NCBI GenBank assembly: GCA_028868715.1
Contig: JAGWUB010000001.1
Location: 119,206 to 183,205, forward strand
DNA length: 64,000 nucleotides
Source of the DNA: Patescibacteria group bacterium
Lineage (GTDB): Bacteria; Patescibacteriota; Minisyncoccia; Phycocordibacterales; UBA9973
Direction: 5' to 3'
The translations under genes were made by a program, and so were the position numbers. Shown in pieces: positions 37,996 to 46,820 of this stretch. How positions within the stretch are numbered: the first letter of the stretch is position 1; each line of letters starts with the position of its first letter. Below the pieces are notes generated by a model. It did no database searches. It was not told the origin of the DNA and was given only the letters and a program-made list of their open reading frames with translations.

Positions 37996-38388
37996 TTATT
38001 TTCTTTCTATCTCTCCATCTATATGGTCTAGTTTTTTCTCTAACCTTGTCAGAGTATTTTGTAGATTTTTTATTTGAGTTTCTTCTGTTTCTATTTCTCC
38101 CTCCTCTTTTTCTTCAAGTTTTTTCTCTCCAACCAAACCAGAAATAATAAGTTTGTTACCAATAAATTCTGCAACAAAAACTCCGATAATAATTAGGATT
38201 ATCGATCCAGAAATTAGAGATATTAAACTACCCAGATTAATTTCGTCGGCGATATGCCATACTCCACGCCAAAATAATACTATCCCTATACCGCCGATAA
38301 ATGCATACAGGATGGGATAGTGGCTCAATTTACCCCTTATCCTATATTCCAACCTATCAAAAGATTTTACAATTTTTCTTGCGAACAT
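37996..38388 (-). CDS. Conserved hypothetical membrane protein
   Basis: LSHYPILYAFIGG.G.VLFWRGVW, C-terminal coiled coil. Confidence 0.7.
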   Translation of the reverse strand: MFARKIVKSFDRLEYRIRGKLSHYPILYAFIGGIGIVLFWRGVWHIADEINLGSLISLISGSIILIIIGVFVAEFIGNKLIISGLVGEKKLEEKEEGEIETEETQIKNLQNTLTRLEKKLDHIDGEIERK

Positions 38389-38496
38389 TTTTTAATTATA
38401 GCAACAAATAAGTAGTATATCCAAGTTTGCCTATTTTTCAGTTTTGGGTCGAAGTCCAGATAGCAATCCACATACATTAATAGTAGAATTATCAGC

Positions 38497-39075
38497 ATGG
38501 AGGGGGGAAATGAAAATTTGATAAAAGTTTTGCAGGATAATGGCGTGGTAGTTATGCCCACAGATACCTTATACGGTATCGTGGGTAAAGCACTCAGCTC
38601 TGACGCCGTTGAGCGTATATATGTCATAAGAAAAAGAGCACCTCAAAAACCATGCATAATATTAATAGGAGAGATAAATGAACTTGAAAAATTTTCTATA
38701 ACTCTTTCTTCGGAACAAAAAGAAAAATTAAAAGAATACTGGTCCTTCGATAATCTAGAAGATAGACCTGCTCCGATTAGTATTGTGCTGGATTGCCCCA
38801 ATGATAGATTCACATATTTACATCGGGGCACTAATACTTTAGCTTTTAGGTTGCCTTACCAGAAAGAGCTTCAAAATTTACTTTTAAAAACTGGACCACT
38901 GATTGCTCCTTCTGCCAACCTAGAAGGCTTACCTCCAGCTCGGAATATTTTTGAAGCGAAAGAATATTTTGGAAATTTAATTAACCTGTACATAGATGGC
39001 GGAGAGTTAAACGGTAAGGCGTCTAAAGTTATTAAATTGCATAAAGATGGTTCGGTGACTATAATTCGTGAGTGA
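38497..39075 (+). CDS. tsaC: L-threonylcarbamoyladenylate synthase (TsaC/Sua5/YrdC)
   Basis: PTDTLYG, K.R..KP, AFRLP, APSAN. Confidence 0.92.
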   Translation: MEGGNENLIKVLQDNGVVVMPTDTLYGIVGKALSSDAVERIYVIRKRAPQKPCIILIGEINELEKFSITLSSEQKEKLKEYWSFDNLEDRPAPISIVLDCPNDRFTYLHRGTNTLAFRLPYQKELQNLLLKTGPLIAPSANLEGLPPARNIFEAKEYFGNLINLYIDGGELNGKASKVIKLHKDGSVTIIRE

Positions 39076-39144
39076 GAATAATAAGTTAACTTAATTAAAC
39101 GAGTAAATAATGTAATTATATTGTATTCGTTATATACTTAGGGA

Positions 39145-40515
39145 ATGAAGAAAGGAATTCTGGAAAAATTTTTCAGCGCCCCAGCCGAGATATTGGAAAA
39201 AGGAGTTGAGATAGGGCATGATTTAAAAAAGGATATAGAACAAGAACGCCCTGTGAAGGCAGCTGCGAGCTATTGGAAGATTTTGGGCCCAGGATTAACT
39301 ACTGGAGCCGCTGATGATGATCCATCTGGAATCGCTACTTATTCACAGATGGGCGCTTTCCGAGGTTTTAATTTAATTTGGCTATCTTTGTTTTCCTTTC
39401 CTTTAATGGGAGTTATCCAAGAAATGTGTGCTCGCATTGGATTGACCACCGGCGTAGGGCTGGCCACTAATATCAAGAGACATTTCTCAAAGAGACTTTT
39501 GTATTTTTGTACAGTACTACTTCTTTTCGCAAACGTTTTCAACATCGGAGCAGACCTAGGAGCGATGGCTAAGGGCACTCAACTTATTTTCCCCAGAATA
39601 GATTTTACTTTTTTGGTTGTGTTTTTTGTGATAGCGAGCCTCGTCCTCCAGATTTTTATTTCTTACAAAAAATATTCAAAATATTTAAAGTATCTCGCTC
39701 TGGTTCTTTTCGCTTATGTCTTTTCCGCATTTTCCGTAGCCATAAATTGGGGAGATGTATTTAGACACTTAGTAATTCCAACAATTTCTGTTTCCAAAGA
39801 TGAAATTATTTTAATTTGTGCTGCTTTTGGTACCACTATTTCACCGTACTTGTTCTTTTGGCAGACTGCCCAAGAAGTAGAAGAACAAATATTGAAAGGT
39901 GAAAAAACAGAAGAACAAAGACGAGCCTTAAATACCAGTAAAGATATTTATGACATGAGGGTAGATGTCTGGTCAGGGATGCTTCTCTCTAATTTGATTA
40001 TGTTTTTTATAATTGCGACCTGTGCGGCAACACTATTTGCCAATGGCATTACAAACATAGGCACCGCTGCCGATGCGGCACTAGCCTTAAAGCCATTCGC
40101 TGGAGATTTTGCTTTTACATTATTTGCAATTGGGATTGTAGGAGTCGGGCTTCTGGCAATTCCAATTCTTGCAGGATCAGCGTCTTATGCATTGTCTGAG
40201 ACATTCAATTGGAAAACAGGCCTTTATCGAAAATTAAAGCAAGCTACTTCTTTTTATGGAGTGATAATCATAGCAATGCTCTTGGGGATGATTTTAAATT
40301 TCATTGGATTGGATCCCATTAAAACCCTTATTTATTCGGCTGTTTTCAACGGTATTATTTCTCCGGTTATTTTATTTTTTATAGTGAAGATAAGCGCCAG
40401 CGAAGAAATAATGGGAGAATACAAAAACAAAAGAACTGCCAACATCATCGGTTGGTTTTCAGTGGTACTATTATTTGTGGTAAGTCTTAGTACAATAATT
40501 TTTCTTTTCGTGTAA
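39145..40515 (+). CDS. NRAMP-family divalent metal transporter
   Basis: LGPGL.TGAADDDPSGIATYSQ, GTTISPYLFFWQ, many TM helices. Confidence 0.9.
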   Translation: MKKGILEKFFSAPAEILEKGVEIGHDLKKDIEQERPVKAAASYWKILGPGLTTGAADDDPSGIATYSQMGAFRGFNLIWLSLFSFPLMGVIQEMCARIGLTTGVGLATNIKRHFSKRLLYFCTVLLLFANVFNIGADLGAMAKGTQLIFPRIDFTFLVVFFVIASLVLQIFISYKKYSKYLKYLALVLFAYVFSAFSVAINWGDVFRHLVIPTISVSKDEIILICAAFGTTISPYLFFWQTAQEVEEQILKGEKTEEQRRALNTSKDIYDMRVDVWSGMLLSNLIMFFIIATCAATLFANGITNIGTAADAALALKPFAGDFAFTLFAIGIVGVGLLAIPILAGSASYALSETFNWKTGLYRKLKQATSFYGVIIIAMLLGMILNFIGLDPIKTLIYSAVFNGIISPVILFFIVKISASEEIMGEYKNKRTANIIGWFSVVLLFVVSLSTIIFLFV

Positions 40516-40516
40516 G

Positions 40517-41530
40517 ATGGAAATTCAGCAAAACTATGATTTAACTAAATTAAATACCTTAGGAGTATCTGCTCACGCTAAATTTTTTACTGAGTTAAAT
40601 AATGAGCAGGAGCTGAAAGAACTTTTTGATTTAGCAGAGTTTAAACAGGAAAAAAAAATATTTCTAGGTGGTGGAAGCAATGTTTTATTTACACAGGACT
40701 TTGACGGTCTGGTTATTTTAAATAAACTCAAAGGAATTGAAATTCTAGAGGAAAATAATCAAGAGGTAAGCATAAGATCTATCAGCGGAGAAATATGGCA
40801 TGACCTTGTTTCTTTTTCGGTAGACAAAGAACTTTGGGGTATTGAAAATCTTTCGCTTATTCCTGGCACAGTCGGTGGTGCACCGGTGCAAAATATTGGA
40901 GCGTATGGAGCAGAGTTAAAAAATGTTCTGGAGAATGTTGAAGCATACAATATTGTTGATGGCTCAAAGCGGATTTTTGCAGTAGAGGAATGTGCACTTG
41001 GTTACAGAGATAGCGTTTTTAAAAATAAACTAAAAGGTCAATATTTTATTTCAGCGGTAACTTTAAAATTGAGCAAAATACCAAGACCAAATATTTCTTA
41101 CAAGTTATTGGCTGACTATTTGAAAGAAAATAATATTGAAGTGCATAACCCTAGGGACATAAGCGGTGCGGTGATAGCCATCAGAAGCAGTAAGTTGCCA
41201 GACCCAGCTGTTATAGGTAATGCCGGTAGTTTTTTTAAAAATGTTTTTGTTAACGATGAAAAATTAAAAGACTTGCAAAAATCTTTTCCAGAAATTAAAT
41301 ATTTTAAAGAACAGGAGCAAATAAAAATTCCCGCTGGTTGGCTGATAGAACAGTGTGGCTGGAAGGGGAGACGAATCGGGAACGTCGGTGTGCATGAACA
41401 ACATGCCTTGGTCTTGGTAAATTACGGTGGTGGGTCAGGGAAAGAGCTTGAAAATTTAGCGCAGAAAATAATTGACTCGGTTTACGCTAAATTTGGCTTG
41501 AAATTAGTTCCAGAAGTCAATTTTATTTAG
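40517..41530 (+). CDS. murB: UDP-N-acetylmuramate dehydrogenase
   Basis: LGGGSN, IPGTVGGAPVQNIGAYG, GYRDS, NAGSFFKN, HALVLVN. Confidence 0.95.
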   Translation: MEIQQNYDLTKLNTLGVSAHAKFFTELNNEQELKELFDLAEFKQEKKIFLGGGSNVLFTQDFDGLVILNKLKGIEILEENNQEVSIRSISGEIWHDLVSFSVDKELWGIENLSLIPGTVGGAPVQNIGAYGAELKNVLENVEAYNIVDGSKRIFAVEECALGYRDSVFKNKLKGQYFISAVTLKLSKIPRPNISYKLLADYLKENNIEVHNPRDISGAVIAIRSSKLPDPAVIGNAGSFFKNVFVNDEKLKDLQKSFPEIKYFKEQEQIKIPAGWLIEQCGWKGRRIGNVGVHEQHALVLVNYGGGSGKELENLAQKIIDSVYAKFGLKLVPEVNFI

Positions 41531-41548
41531 GTATGTTATAATACATAC

Positions 41549-42382
41549 ATGGAAACTTTAGAAGAAAACAAAAAAAAGCTATATAAAGTAGCATTTATAT
41601 TATTAATTATATTATCAGCTTATTTTGCAGTTAGAATATTTTCTGAGCTAAAGAAAACTAGTATGCTCGGTGAAAGTGCGACTCCAACCACAATTTCATT
41701 CTCAGGGCACGGAGAAGTCACGGCGGTGCCGGATATTGCCACTATTGATTTTACAATTAGCAAAGATGACGCAACAGTTAAAAATGCACAGGCGGGAGTG
41801 GCAACCATTGAAAAGAAGGCCCTAGATTTTTTAAAGACAAAAGGGGTAGCTGATAAAGATATTCAGACTGCCAATGCATCTTTTTATCCTAAATATGAAT
41901 ATAGGCAAGCTGCCTGTCCACCAATACCAATGGGGACTGGCACAGCCGGAGGCACTGTTAACACAATATCTCCTTACTACTGTCCCCCTAGCAGGCAAGT
42001 GATCACAGGCTATACAGCTAGTGAAAGTATCACGGTAAAAGTTCGTAATACTGATGATGCTGGGGCCATAATGCAAGGCTTGGGTGCTACTGGAGTTTCA
42101 AACCTAAATGGTCCAAATTTTGAGATAGATAATCCAGAGGTTCTAAAGGGGGAAGCTAGAAAAAAAGCGATAGATGAAGCAAAAGCAAAAGCAGTTGCCT
42201 TGGCAAAAGATTTAGGTGTGAGCCTAGGTAAAATCGCGAGCTTCAATGAGTCCGGCAATAGTCCGATCATGTATGCCAAGGATTCACTAATGGCTAGTGG
42301 CGTAGCTCCAGCTCCAGCAGAAATTCCAAAAGGACAAAATACTATAACTTCAGATGTAACCATAACTTACGAAATAAGATAA
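41549..42382 (+). CDS. SIMPL (DUF541) domain protein
   Basis: G.GEV.A.PD.A, P.Y.Y, ARKKAI.EAK.KA..LA..LGV.LG. Confidence 0.88.
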   Translation: METLEENKKKLYKVAFILLIILSAYFAVRIFSELKKTSMLGESATPTTISFSGHGEVTAVPDIATIDFTISKDDATVKNAQAGVATIEKKALDFLKTKGVADKDIQTANASFYPKYEYRQAACPPIPMGTGTAGGTVNTISPYYCPPSRQVITGYTASESITVKVRNTDDAGAIMQGLGATGVSNLNGPNFEIDNPEVLKGEARKKAIDEAKAKAVALAKDLGVSLGKIASFNESGNSPIMYAKDSLMASGVAPAPAEIPKGQNTITSDVTITYEIR

Positions 42383-42436
42383 TAGCTATAAGCCGAGAGA
42401 GCCAGTTTGACTATTTGAGGTAAAAAGAGTACTATT

Positions 42437-42461
42437 AAAAGAGCCCTTTCGGGGGCTTTTT
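42437..42461. terminator. Intrinsic terminator-like hairpin
   Basis: AAAAGAGCCC-TTTCG-GGGGCTTTTTT. Confidence 0.7.
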
Positions 42462-42487
42462 TAAGAGAAGTAGTATAATAAAATTAC

Positions 42488-42673
42488 ATGTCAAAAATCA
42501 CTGAATATTTTAAAGAGACAAAGATAGAGTTAAAGCACGTAATTTGGCCTTCCAGAAGCCAGACCATTTACTACACTTTGATCGTCATCATTCTGTCTGT
42601 TTTGATAGGATATTATTTAGGTATCTTTGACTTTATTTTCTCAAAGGGATTGGAAAAACTAATCACACGTTAA
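42488..42673 (+). CDS. secE: Preprotein translocase subunit SecE
   Basis: ELKHVIWPS, single TM, upstream of nusG. Confidence 0.93.
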   Translation: MSKITEYFKETKIELKHVIWPSRSQTIYYTLIVIILSVLIGYYLGIFDFIFSKGLEKLITR

Positions 42674-42681
42674 GTTATATT

Positions 42682-43224
42682 ATGAAACAAGAAGTACAAG
42701 GAGCCCGAAATTGGTACGCTATCCATACTTATGCAGGGTATGAGAATGTTGTTTTGCGTAATTTACGTCAACGTATTGATTCTCTGGGAATGAACGACAA
42801 AATTTTTAATGTGATTGTTCCAATTGAAAAGAAAATAAAAATAAAAGGTGGCAAGCGAGTAGAAGTGGAAGAAAAAATTTACCCTGGTTACTTGTTGGTA
42901 GATATGATTGTAACGGATGATTCATGGTATGTAGTCAGGAATACTCCTAGAGTTACTGGATTCGTAGGCGCTGGAGTTAATCCGGTTCCTTTGAAAAAAG
43001 AAGAAGTGGACTATCTATTTAAGAAAATGGATGCAGGCACAGCCAAGCATAACATTGATATGACTGTCGGAGAGAGTATTTTGATTACTGACGGACCATT
43101 TAAAGACCTAGAGGGCAAGATAAACTCCATTGATCAAGATCGTGGCAAGATCAAAGTGCTTGTTTCTATGTTCGGCCGAGAAACCCCAATAGAATTAGAC
43201 TTCTTGCAAGTTAAGAAAATTTAA
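42682..43224 (+). CDS. nusG: Transcription termination/antitermination factor NusG
   Basis: WYAIHTYAGYE, YPGY, VRNTPRVTGF, KOW, MFGRETP. Confidence 0.97.
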   Translation: MKQEVQGARNWYAIHTYAGYENVVLRNLRQRIDSLGMNDKIFNVIVPIEKKIKIKGGKRVEVEEKIYPGYLLVDMIVTDDSWYVVRNTPRVTGFVGAGVNPVPLKKEEVDYLFKKMDAGTAKHNIDMTVGESILITDGPFKDLEGKINSIDQDRGKIKVLVSMFGRETPIELDFLQVKKI

Positions 43225-43241
43225 GTTAATCTAAGAATCAC

Positions 43242-43664
43242 ATGGCAAAAAAAATAACCAAAAAAATAAAACTTCAAATACAAGCTGCGAAAGCTACTCC
43301 AGCTCCACCACTAGGTCCAGCGCTTGGACAGGCTGGTATTAATATCGGTGACTTTGTCACTAAGTTTAATGCGGCCACAAGTAAAATGGCAGGGGATAAA
43401 GTCGGTGTGGTGATCACTGTCTATGAAGATCGAAGCTATGATTTCGCTATCAAAACTCCACCAGTTACTGGTCTTATCTTAAAGGCAGCTGGTGTAGAGA
43501 AAGGATCTGGTAAAAATACTTCTACCAAAGTAGGCAAGATAACTAGAGCTCAAGCACTTGAAATCGCAAACAAGAAAATGGCAGACTTGAATGCCAAGGA
43601 CGACGAAGGAGCTATAAACATTGTCGCTGGCTCCGCTCGAAGTATGGGCATTGAAGTGAAATAA
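43242..43664 (+). CDS. rplK: 50S ribosomal protein L11
   Basis: [27 protein letters not shown]. Confidence 0.97.
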   Translation: MAKKITKKIKLQIQAAKATPAPPLGPALGQAGINIGDFVTKFNAATSKMAGDKVGVVITVYEDRSYDFAIKTPPVTGLILKAAGVEKGSGKNTSTKVGKITRAQALEIANKKMADLNAKDDEGAINIVAGSARSMGIEVK

Positions 43665-43752
43665 TTCACTTCAATGAACCGGAGCCCGACGGGGTGAGGT
43701 GTGCCCAGGCAATTTTTCAGCAGAAAAATATGCGTGGGTTGAAGTGAAATAA
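43649..43752. repeat. Family C palindromic element with direct-inverted-direct copies of the rplK 3' end
   Basis: TTGAAGTGAAATAA at 43651-43664 and 43739-43752; inverted copy TTCACTTCAATG at 43665-43676; core resembles the reverse complement of 16560-16611. Confidence 0.8.
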
Positions 43753-43765
43753 ATTTTAACACTAG

Positions 43766-43798
43766 AAAAAAAGCCAACGGTCACCCGTTGGCTTTTTT
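43766..43798. terminator. Intrinsic terminator closing secE-nusG-rplK
   Basis: AAAAAAGCCAACGG-TCAC-CCGTTGGCTTTTTT. Confidence 0.88.
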
Positions 43799-43853
43799 AG
43801 TTGCATTGTGGTTATATTGAATTTAGCAGAGTTCATTCTAAGGAGAAACAAAT

Positions 43854-44279
43854 ATGTTAAAGCTTTACGTTGGATGTGGGCTGACCCACGCTTCCGAAGA
43901 ATTTAAGGCGAATGTTGAAGAGCTCAAGGAAAAGTTTGCCAACATTCCTGGTATTCAACTGCTTAAATTCTTGGGGCTGGCAGACGGAACAGCACACGAT
44001 GTTTATGTTCACGACATCATAAACTGCGTTCACAAGTGCAACATAATGGTCGCCATTTGTGATGAGCCGTCGATCGGTCTCGGATGGGAAATGGCTGTTC
44101 AATCTAGCAGAGGAAAACCACTATTGGCTTTTGGGCACGACAAATCAAAGATCACGAGATTAATTCTCGATCCGAGGTTGCCAAACTATCAATTTTTTAG
44201 ATATCAAACCTTTGAAGAAATATATGAAATTGTGTTTACTGAGATAAGGACACATTTTCATATACAAGGTTCTTTCTAA
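43854..44279 (+). CDS. Nucleoside 2-deoxyribosyltransferase-like protein
   Basis: KLYVGC.L, D...V..C..MVA..DEPSIGLGWE.A pattern; strong SD; converges on dcd. Confidence 0.65.
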   Translation: MLKLYVGCGLTHASEEFKANVEELKEKFANIPGIQLLKFLGLADGTAHDVYVHDIINCVHKCNIMVAICDEPSIGLGWEMAVQSSRGKPLLAFGHDKSKITRLILDPRLPNYQFFRYQTFEEIYEIVFTEIRTHFHIQGSF

Positions 44280-44327
44280 AATCAAGAACAATTTTATTTG
44301 ATGCCAGCGAGCGATCGCTGGCTTTTT

Positions 44328-44864
44328 CTATTTAAAATTTTTCCACATCATTGACTCCTTTGGGAGTTTTTCTTTATTGCCGTATTTGGCACTAACCTTT
44401 TTATTGTAAAGTCTTTCTACTTTTCCTTCTACTACATAATAGATAAGTTGGGCAATAGGCATTCCTGGATAAATTCGTACTGGCTTTGATGTTGATACTT
44501 CCATTGTCCAATATCCACAAAAACCTACGTCACCCTTGCCAGCCGTAGCATGTATATCTATACCAAGTCTACCAGTTGAAGATTTACCCTCTAAAAATGG
44601 CACATGTTTATGGGTTTCTGTGTATTCAGTTGTGGTACACAGATATAATTCTCCAGGCTTTAGGACAAAACCACTTTCTGGAATTTCAAAGTGCTTAACT
44701 TTATTATGTTTTTTTGCATCTAATGTTTTATCTATGTATGTCGCAAAATATTTACTCAAGTGTACATCATAAGAGTTGCCACCCATATTCTTTGCATCAA
44801 ACGGTTTTATTACTATACTTCCTTTTTTTATTTCTCCAAGAATTTTTTTATCAGATAATATCAT
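44328..44864 (-). CDS. dcd: dCTP deaminase
   Basis: MILSD, NSYDVHL, EGKSS.GRLG, AGKGD.GF.G..TME. Confidence 0.92.
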   Translation of the reverse strand: MILSDKKILGEIKKGSIVIKPFDAKNMGGNSYDVHLSKYFATYIDKTLDAKKHNKVKHFEIPESGFVLKPGELYLCTTTEYTETHKHVPFLEGKSSTGRLGIDIHATAGKGDVGFCGYWTMEVSTSKPVRIYPGMPIAQLIYYVVEGKVERLYNKKVSAKYGNKEKLPKESMMWKNFK

Positions 44865-44898
44865 ACTGCAAGTTTCGCATAATTAGATTTTTTGTCAA

Positions 44899-45387
44899 TT
44901 AAAAGAATTTTTCGTAAATAGAAAAAGTGTAATCAAAAGGATTCTCAGAATCCTTTTTGTGTTCTTCATGAGTAGTTTCATTCCAAACTATCGGAATAAT
45001 TTCTGGGAAAAATGTATCGGCGTCTTTATTTTCGGCATCTACGTGGGTGATGTAAAGTTTATCCGCAAAGTCCATAGCCAGTTTGTAAATTTCTGCCCCG
45101 CCGATTATAAAAACTTCACTATCGTTTCCAGCTAGTTTTATCGCCTCTTCAAGTGAATTAACTATATCTACACCATGGCGTAGATAAGTTTTGTCTCGAG
45201 TAACTACAATGTTCTTTCGGTTGGGCAGGGGGTTGCCGATACTTTCAAAAGTTTTACGTCCCATTATTACTGCATGTCCTTTAGTAGTCTCGCGGAAATA
45301 TTTCATATCCGCCGGCATATGCCAAAGCAAAGTATTGCCTTTTCCCAATTCATTATTTTTACCGATTGCTGCAATTAATGAAATCAT
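44899..45387 (-). CDS. folA: Dihydrofolate reductase
   Basis: LIAA, W..PADM.YF, IMGRKTFES, LPNRKN, IIGG, ADTFFP. Confidence 0.95.
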   Translation of the reverse strand: MISLIAAIGKNNELGKGNTLLWHMPADMKYFRETTKGHAVIMGRKTFESIGNPLPNRKNIVVTRDKTYLRHGVDIVNSLEEAIKLAGNDSEVFIIGGAEIYKLAMDFADKLYITHVDAENKDADTFFPEIIPIVWNETTHEEHKKDSENPFDYTFSIYEKFF

Positions 45388-45393
45388 ATTATT

Positions 45394-46335
45394 TTATACA
45401 GCAATAGGGGCCTTAATACTTTCATGTGGATTATAATCAACCAATTCAAAATCTTCTATGGTGAAATCTTCTATATTTTTTTTAGCAGGATTTATCTTCA
45501 TTTTTGGCATAGGTCGGATATCTAGCTTTCTGGAAATTTGTAAATTTGCTTGCTCTAAATGATTTAAATACAAATGAACGTCACCACCAGTCCAAACAAA
45601 TTCTCCAGGCCGTAGTCCACATATTTGAGCTATGATCATTGTGAATAATGCATAGGAAGCAATATTAAATGGCACACCCAGAAAGGTGTCACAGCTTCGC
45701 TGATATAGTTGGCAGGAAAGTTTTCCATCAACTACATAAAACTGAAAGAAACAATGGCAAGGAGGAAGTCCGGCTTTAGCCATTTCATCTATGTCGGCAA
45801 CATTCCAAGCAGATACTATTAGTCGGCGTGAGTCTGGAGTTTTTTTAATATCTTCAATTACATTTTTTAATTGATCTATATGTTTTCCGTTTGGTGTGGG
45901 CCAGCTTCGCCATTGATAGCCATAAATAGGACCGAGATTGCCATAATCCTTGGCAAAATTTTCATCATTTTTTATTTTTTCAATAAATTCTTTTATTCCT
46001 GCATTCCACTCGTCAGATCCAGTTTTCGGCACATTAATTTTATTTCTAATCAAATATGCTTTATATGGCCACTCGTCCCAAATATGTACATTGTTATCAG
46101 CTAAATATTTTAGATTTGTGTCTCCGCGCATAAACCAAAGCAACTCATGAATGATTGATTTTATTGGAACTTTCTTGGTGGTGAGGAGAGGGAAGCCATC
46201 GGCAAGATTGAAGCGCATTTGATAGCCAAACACACTTTTGGTGCCAGTGTCAGTACGATCAGTTTTAGTCGCACCATTTTTTATTATGTGTTCCAGTAAA
46301 TCTATATAGGATTCATCTACATGTTTGCCCTGCAT
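45394..46335 (-). CDS. thyA: Thymidylate synthase ThyA
   Basis: DRT.TGT, FPLLTTK, LPPCH, YQRSCD.FLGVPFN, H.Y.NH. Confidence 0.97.
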   Translation of the reverse strand: MQGKHVDESYIDLLEHIIKNGATKTDRTDTGTKSVFGYQMRFNLADGFPLLTTKKVPIKSIIHELLWFMRGDTNLKYLADNNVHIWDEWPYKAYLIRNKINVPKTGSDEWNAGIKEFIEKIKNDENFAKDYGNLGPIYGYQWRSWPTPNGKHIDQLKNVIEDIKKTPDSRRLIVSAWNVADIDEMAKAGLPPCHCFFQFYVVDGKLSCQLYQRSCDTFLGVPFNIASYALFTMIIAQICGLRPGEFVWTGGDVHLYLNHLEQANLQISRKLDIRPMPKMKINPAKKNIEDFTIEDFELVDYNPHESIKAPIAV

Positions 46336-46458
46336 GTCACTAGTATAACTTTTCTAAATAATTAACGAAACTATTGACAAATAGTCATATAAAATATATA
46401 AACAAACACGGATAGTATTATGAGGATTTTCTCACATTTTAGGAAAAGGTAAAAAATA

Positions 46459-46683
46459 ATGAGAAATGATATAGGCGAACAAGAGCTGAATGAATTAATT
46501 CGGCTTCAAGCAGAGCAAAGAAAAAAATTCCTTGCTGGAGAAATTACCATTGAACATATTAAATGGTTCAATGGTCTTAACTTTTGGCAACGACGATGGC
46601 TACTAATTGGTAAATGGGAAGGGTTGATGGCGAAAATGGTAAAGTCAGGTCTTCAAAGCCTTAGTCGAGCAAAAAACGAATAA
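46459..46683 (+). CDS. Small orphan protein
   Basis: TTGACA promoter-like element and AAAAGGT SD upstream, hairpin AACCGCC..GGCGGTT plus T-tract downstream. Confidence 0.5.
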   Translation: MRNDIGEQELNELIRLQAEQRKKFLAGEITIEHIKWFNGLNFWQRRWLLIGKWEGLMAKMVKSGLQSLSRAKNE

Positions 46684-46820
46684 CTTATCATCAACCGCCC
46701 CCAACAGGAAGAGAACCTCGGAGGCGGTTTCTCTTTTTTATTTGACAAAATAACGATAAAATGCTATTCTTAAAACATCATTCTCATCTAACCTAATACA
46801 TTTTTGGGAGTGACCCAATT

